A DNA stretch of 64,000 bases from Podarcis vaucheri (taxonomy: Eukaryota). Shown here piece after piece: positions 62,111 to 64,000 of the stretch (position 1 is its first letter; each line of letters starts with the position of its first letter). Both the position numbers and the translations under genes were made by a program. Location: assembly GCA_965113315.1 (NCBI GenBank), contig OZ220363.1. One strand, given 5' to 3'. The notes beneath the pieces are model-generated. The model saw only the letters and a list, made by a program, of their open reading frames with translations. It searched no databases and had not been told where the DNA came from.

Positions 62111-63175
62111 GAAGGAAGGAAATAATGTTTAAAATCTGATACGTAGAACCCATTTCCACACACTCCTTTTTAAAAATCACATCTCTTTGATAGGGAAAAG
62201 GTTTCCCACCATGTGCTAAGCCAGGGTAGCCAATGTGATACCTCTCCAGGTGTTATCGAACCACAACTCCCACTATCTCTATTCTTCGGCCAGACTGGCT
62301 GAGGCTTATGGAAATTGTAGTCCCCAACACCTAGAGAGCACCACACCTAGCAGCATCAATGTCTGCAGAGCACTGCCACTGTTCTAAGCCTTCCATTGGT
62401 AACACATAACAGACAGGATGATACTTTTAAGGAACCAGGATATCTGTGCCACTATTCAGCTTTTCTTACAAATCTGGCTAGATGTAGCCTCATGCAGAAG
62501 ACTCATACAGTAGATTGTTCACCCTCTCTCTCTCTTTTGGAAAGCAAATAAAATAAAACTTAAGAACAGGCACACAAAGGGGAACAGGTCCAGATGGAAG
62601 GGAGTTCTGTTGCAAATGACATCACAGACAATGTCACAGGGATGTCCATAACACTCACATAACAACATTCCACGCAGCAATAGCATCAGACAAGCTATCA
62701 GGGTTTGAGGGGGATAACCATGTACACACTGCATTGAACTCCTTGGAGAAGAGGTATAAATGTAATAACAAATGCACTGCATTTTCTCAGGCACAAAGCA
62801 GCACACTTCAGATGCTCAGGAATACAATGTAACACCACAACACAAACACTACCTTTAAGGCAGATATGTAGATTGTGTGCTAGATTTGGGAAGCACATAT
62901 CTTAAACTGCATAAAAATGATTGTGCAGAAGATCCTGAGGAATAAGTATTTCTTCCAAAGCCACTGCATAACTCTGTGTCTGTGGATTCCAGGATTCAGC
63001 ACTCTGCATAAAAGTGCGAAGGAGCCCCACTTTTGCTATATTCATTCTTCCATTGTGACCTCTGGAAATTGTCACACTATGGTGTTGTTTTCCTCCAGAA
63101 GAAATCGCCTTGCTTTAAAAACCTATTGGGCTGAATGCAGTATACCTTATCTGGAAATAATGGCTCATGTGCAGC

Positions 63176-63518
63176 AAAGGTTAAAGGTAAAGGGATCCCT
63201 GACCAGTCACAGATGACTCTGGGGTTGCGGCTCTCATCTCACTTTATTGGCCGAGGGAGCCTTTGCACAGCTTCCGGGTCATGTGGCCAGCATGACTAAG
63301 CCGCTTCTGGCGAACCAGAGCAGTGCACAGAAACACTGTTTACCTTCCCGCCGGAGCGGTACCTATTTATCTACTTACACATTGACGTGCTTTCGAACTG
63401 CTAGGTTGGCAGGAGCAGGGACCAAGCAATGAGAGTTCACTCCGTTGCGGGGATTCGAACCGCCGACCTTCTGATCAGCAAGCCCCAGGCTCTGTGGTTT
63501 AGACCACAGCACCACCAC
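63176..63518 (-). mobile_element. Sauria SINE (POM-like, lacertid type), near full length
   Basis: Minus strand has a tRNA-like head (ggtggtgctgtggtctaaaccac...ggcggttcgaatcccc), the body cagcttccgggtcatgtggccagcatgactaagccgcttctggcgaacc and an (ACCTTT)n tail. Confidence 0.88.
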
Positions 63519-64000
63519 TAAATCTTGTTGGAGTCAATGAAATAAGTTAATCCTAGCTCTGTACCTGGAATACTGAGATGTCTACAGGTATATGCATAGT
63601 CAGTTATCAGTGTTCACCATCCATCAAGGATAGAAACCTCCACCCAAATTATGCATCGGAAAATGCCTTTGTACCCTACTATCCATGGCATGCAAACTTC
63701 CATTCAGCAAAAGCTCAAAATACCTTCCTCTCTCCCCCTCCCTCTGTCCCAAGAAATGCTCTTCCTTAGATGATCAAACCTGTAAGAGTTTTCTCCTCTA
63801 AGCTGTCAGTGTCTAGATTCAGATTGCTCCATGCTATTTATGTCTATAAACAATCCTCCTCTCTTTATAATAAACCACATATTCTTCAAATCCAACATCA
63901 GGTTTATTCCTAACTCACCCTTGTATAAGTTGTCCCATGACATGCTGTGACTCAAACTAGCTAAAAACCCAAACATGTGTTCCTGCTGCGCACATGTAAT

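Noticed and set aside
1-64000. Prokaryote-style features (CRISPR arrays, operons, defence systems)
   Set aside because: The sequence is intron-containing vertebrate DNA, and no regularly spaced repeat-spacer array was seen

Overview
Eukaryotic (vertebrate) genomic DNA, almost certainly from a squamate and probably a lacertid lizard; this is inferred from a POM/Sauria-type SINE plus BovB, L2, CR1, Penelope, Tigger and hAT repeats. The window holds the block syntenic with human 2q35: the last exon of RNF25 (+), complete BCS1L (-, 7 coding exons, 419 aa), complete ZNF142 (+, 8 coding exons, about 2015 aa, head-to-head with BCS1L) and the complete PLCD4 CDS (-, 15 coding exons, 761 aa, one U12 AT-AC intron). 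Between RNF25 and BCS1L lies an extra OLFM4-like olfactomedin gene. It has two nonsense codons, appears to lack exons 2-3, and carries in intron 1 a 1.46-kb hAT element with perfect TIRs, mismatched TSDs and captured CpG-island/promoter-like cargo. The most novel signal is two divergent solo LTRs (15383-15755 and 23590-24021) that share an LTR-encoded peptide motif, [VL]G[LV][RK]xxLCW, followed by exactly 14 codons and a stop. A possible orphan CCHC zinc-finger terminal exon (60973-61147) lies antisense upstream of PLCD4. All calls were made by eye from sequence and recalled protein families; no database searches were run.
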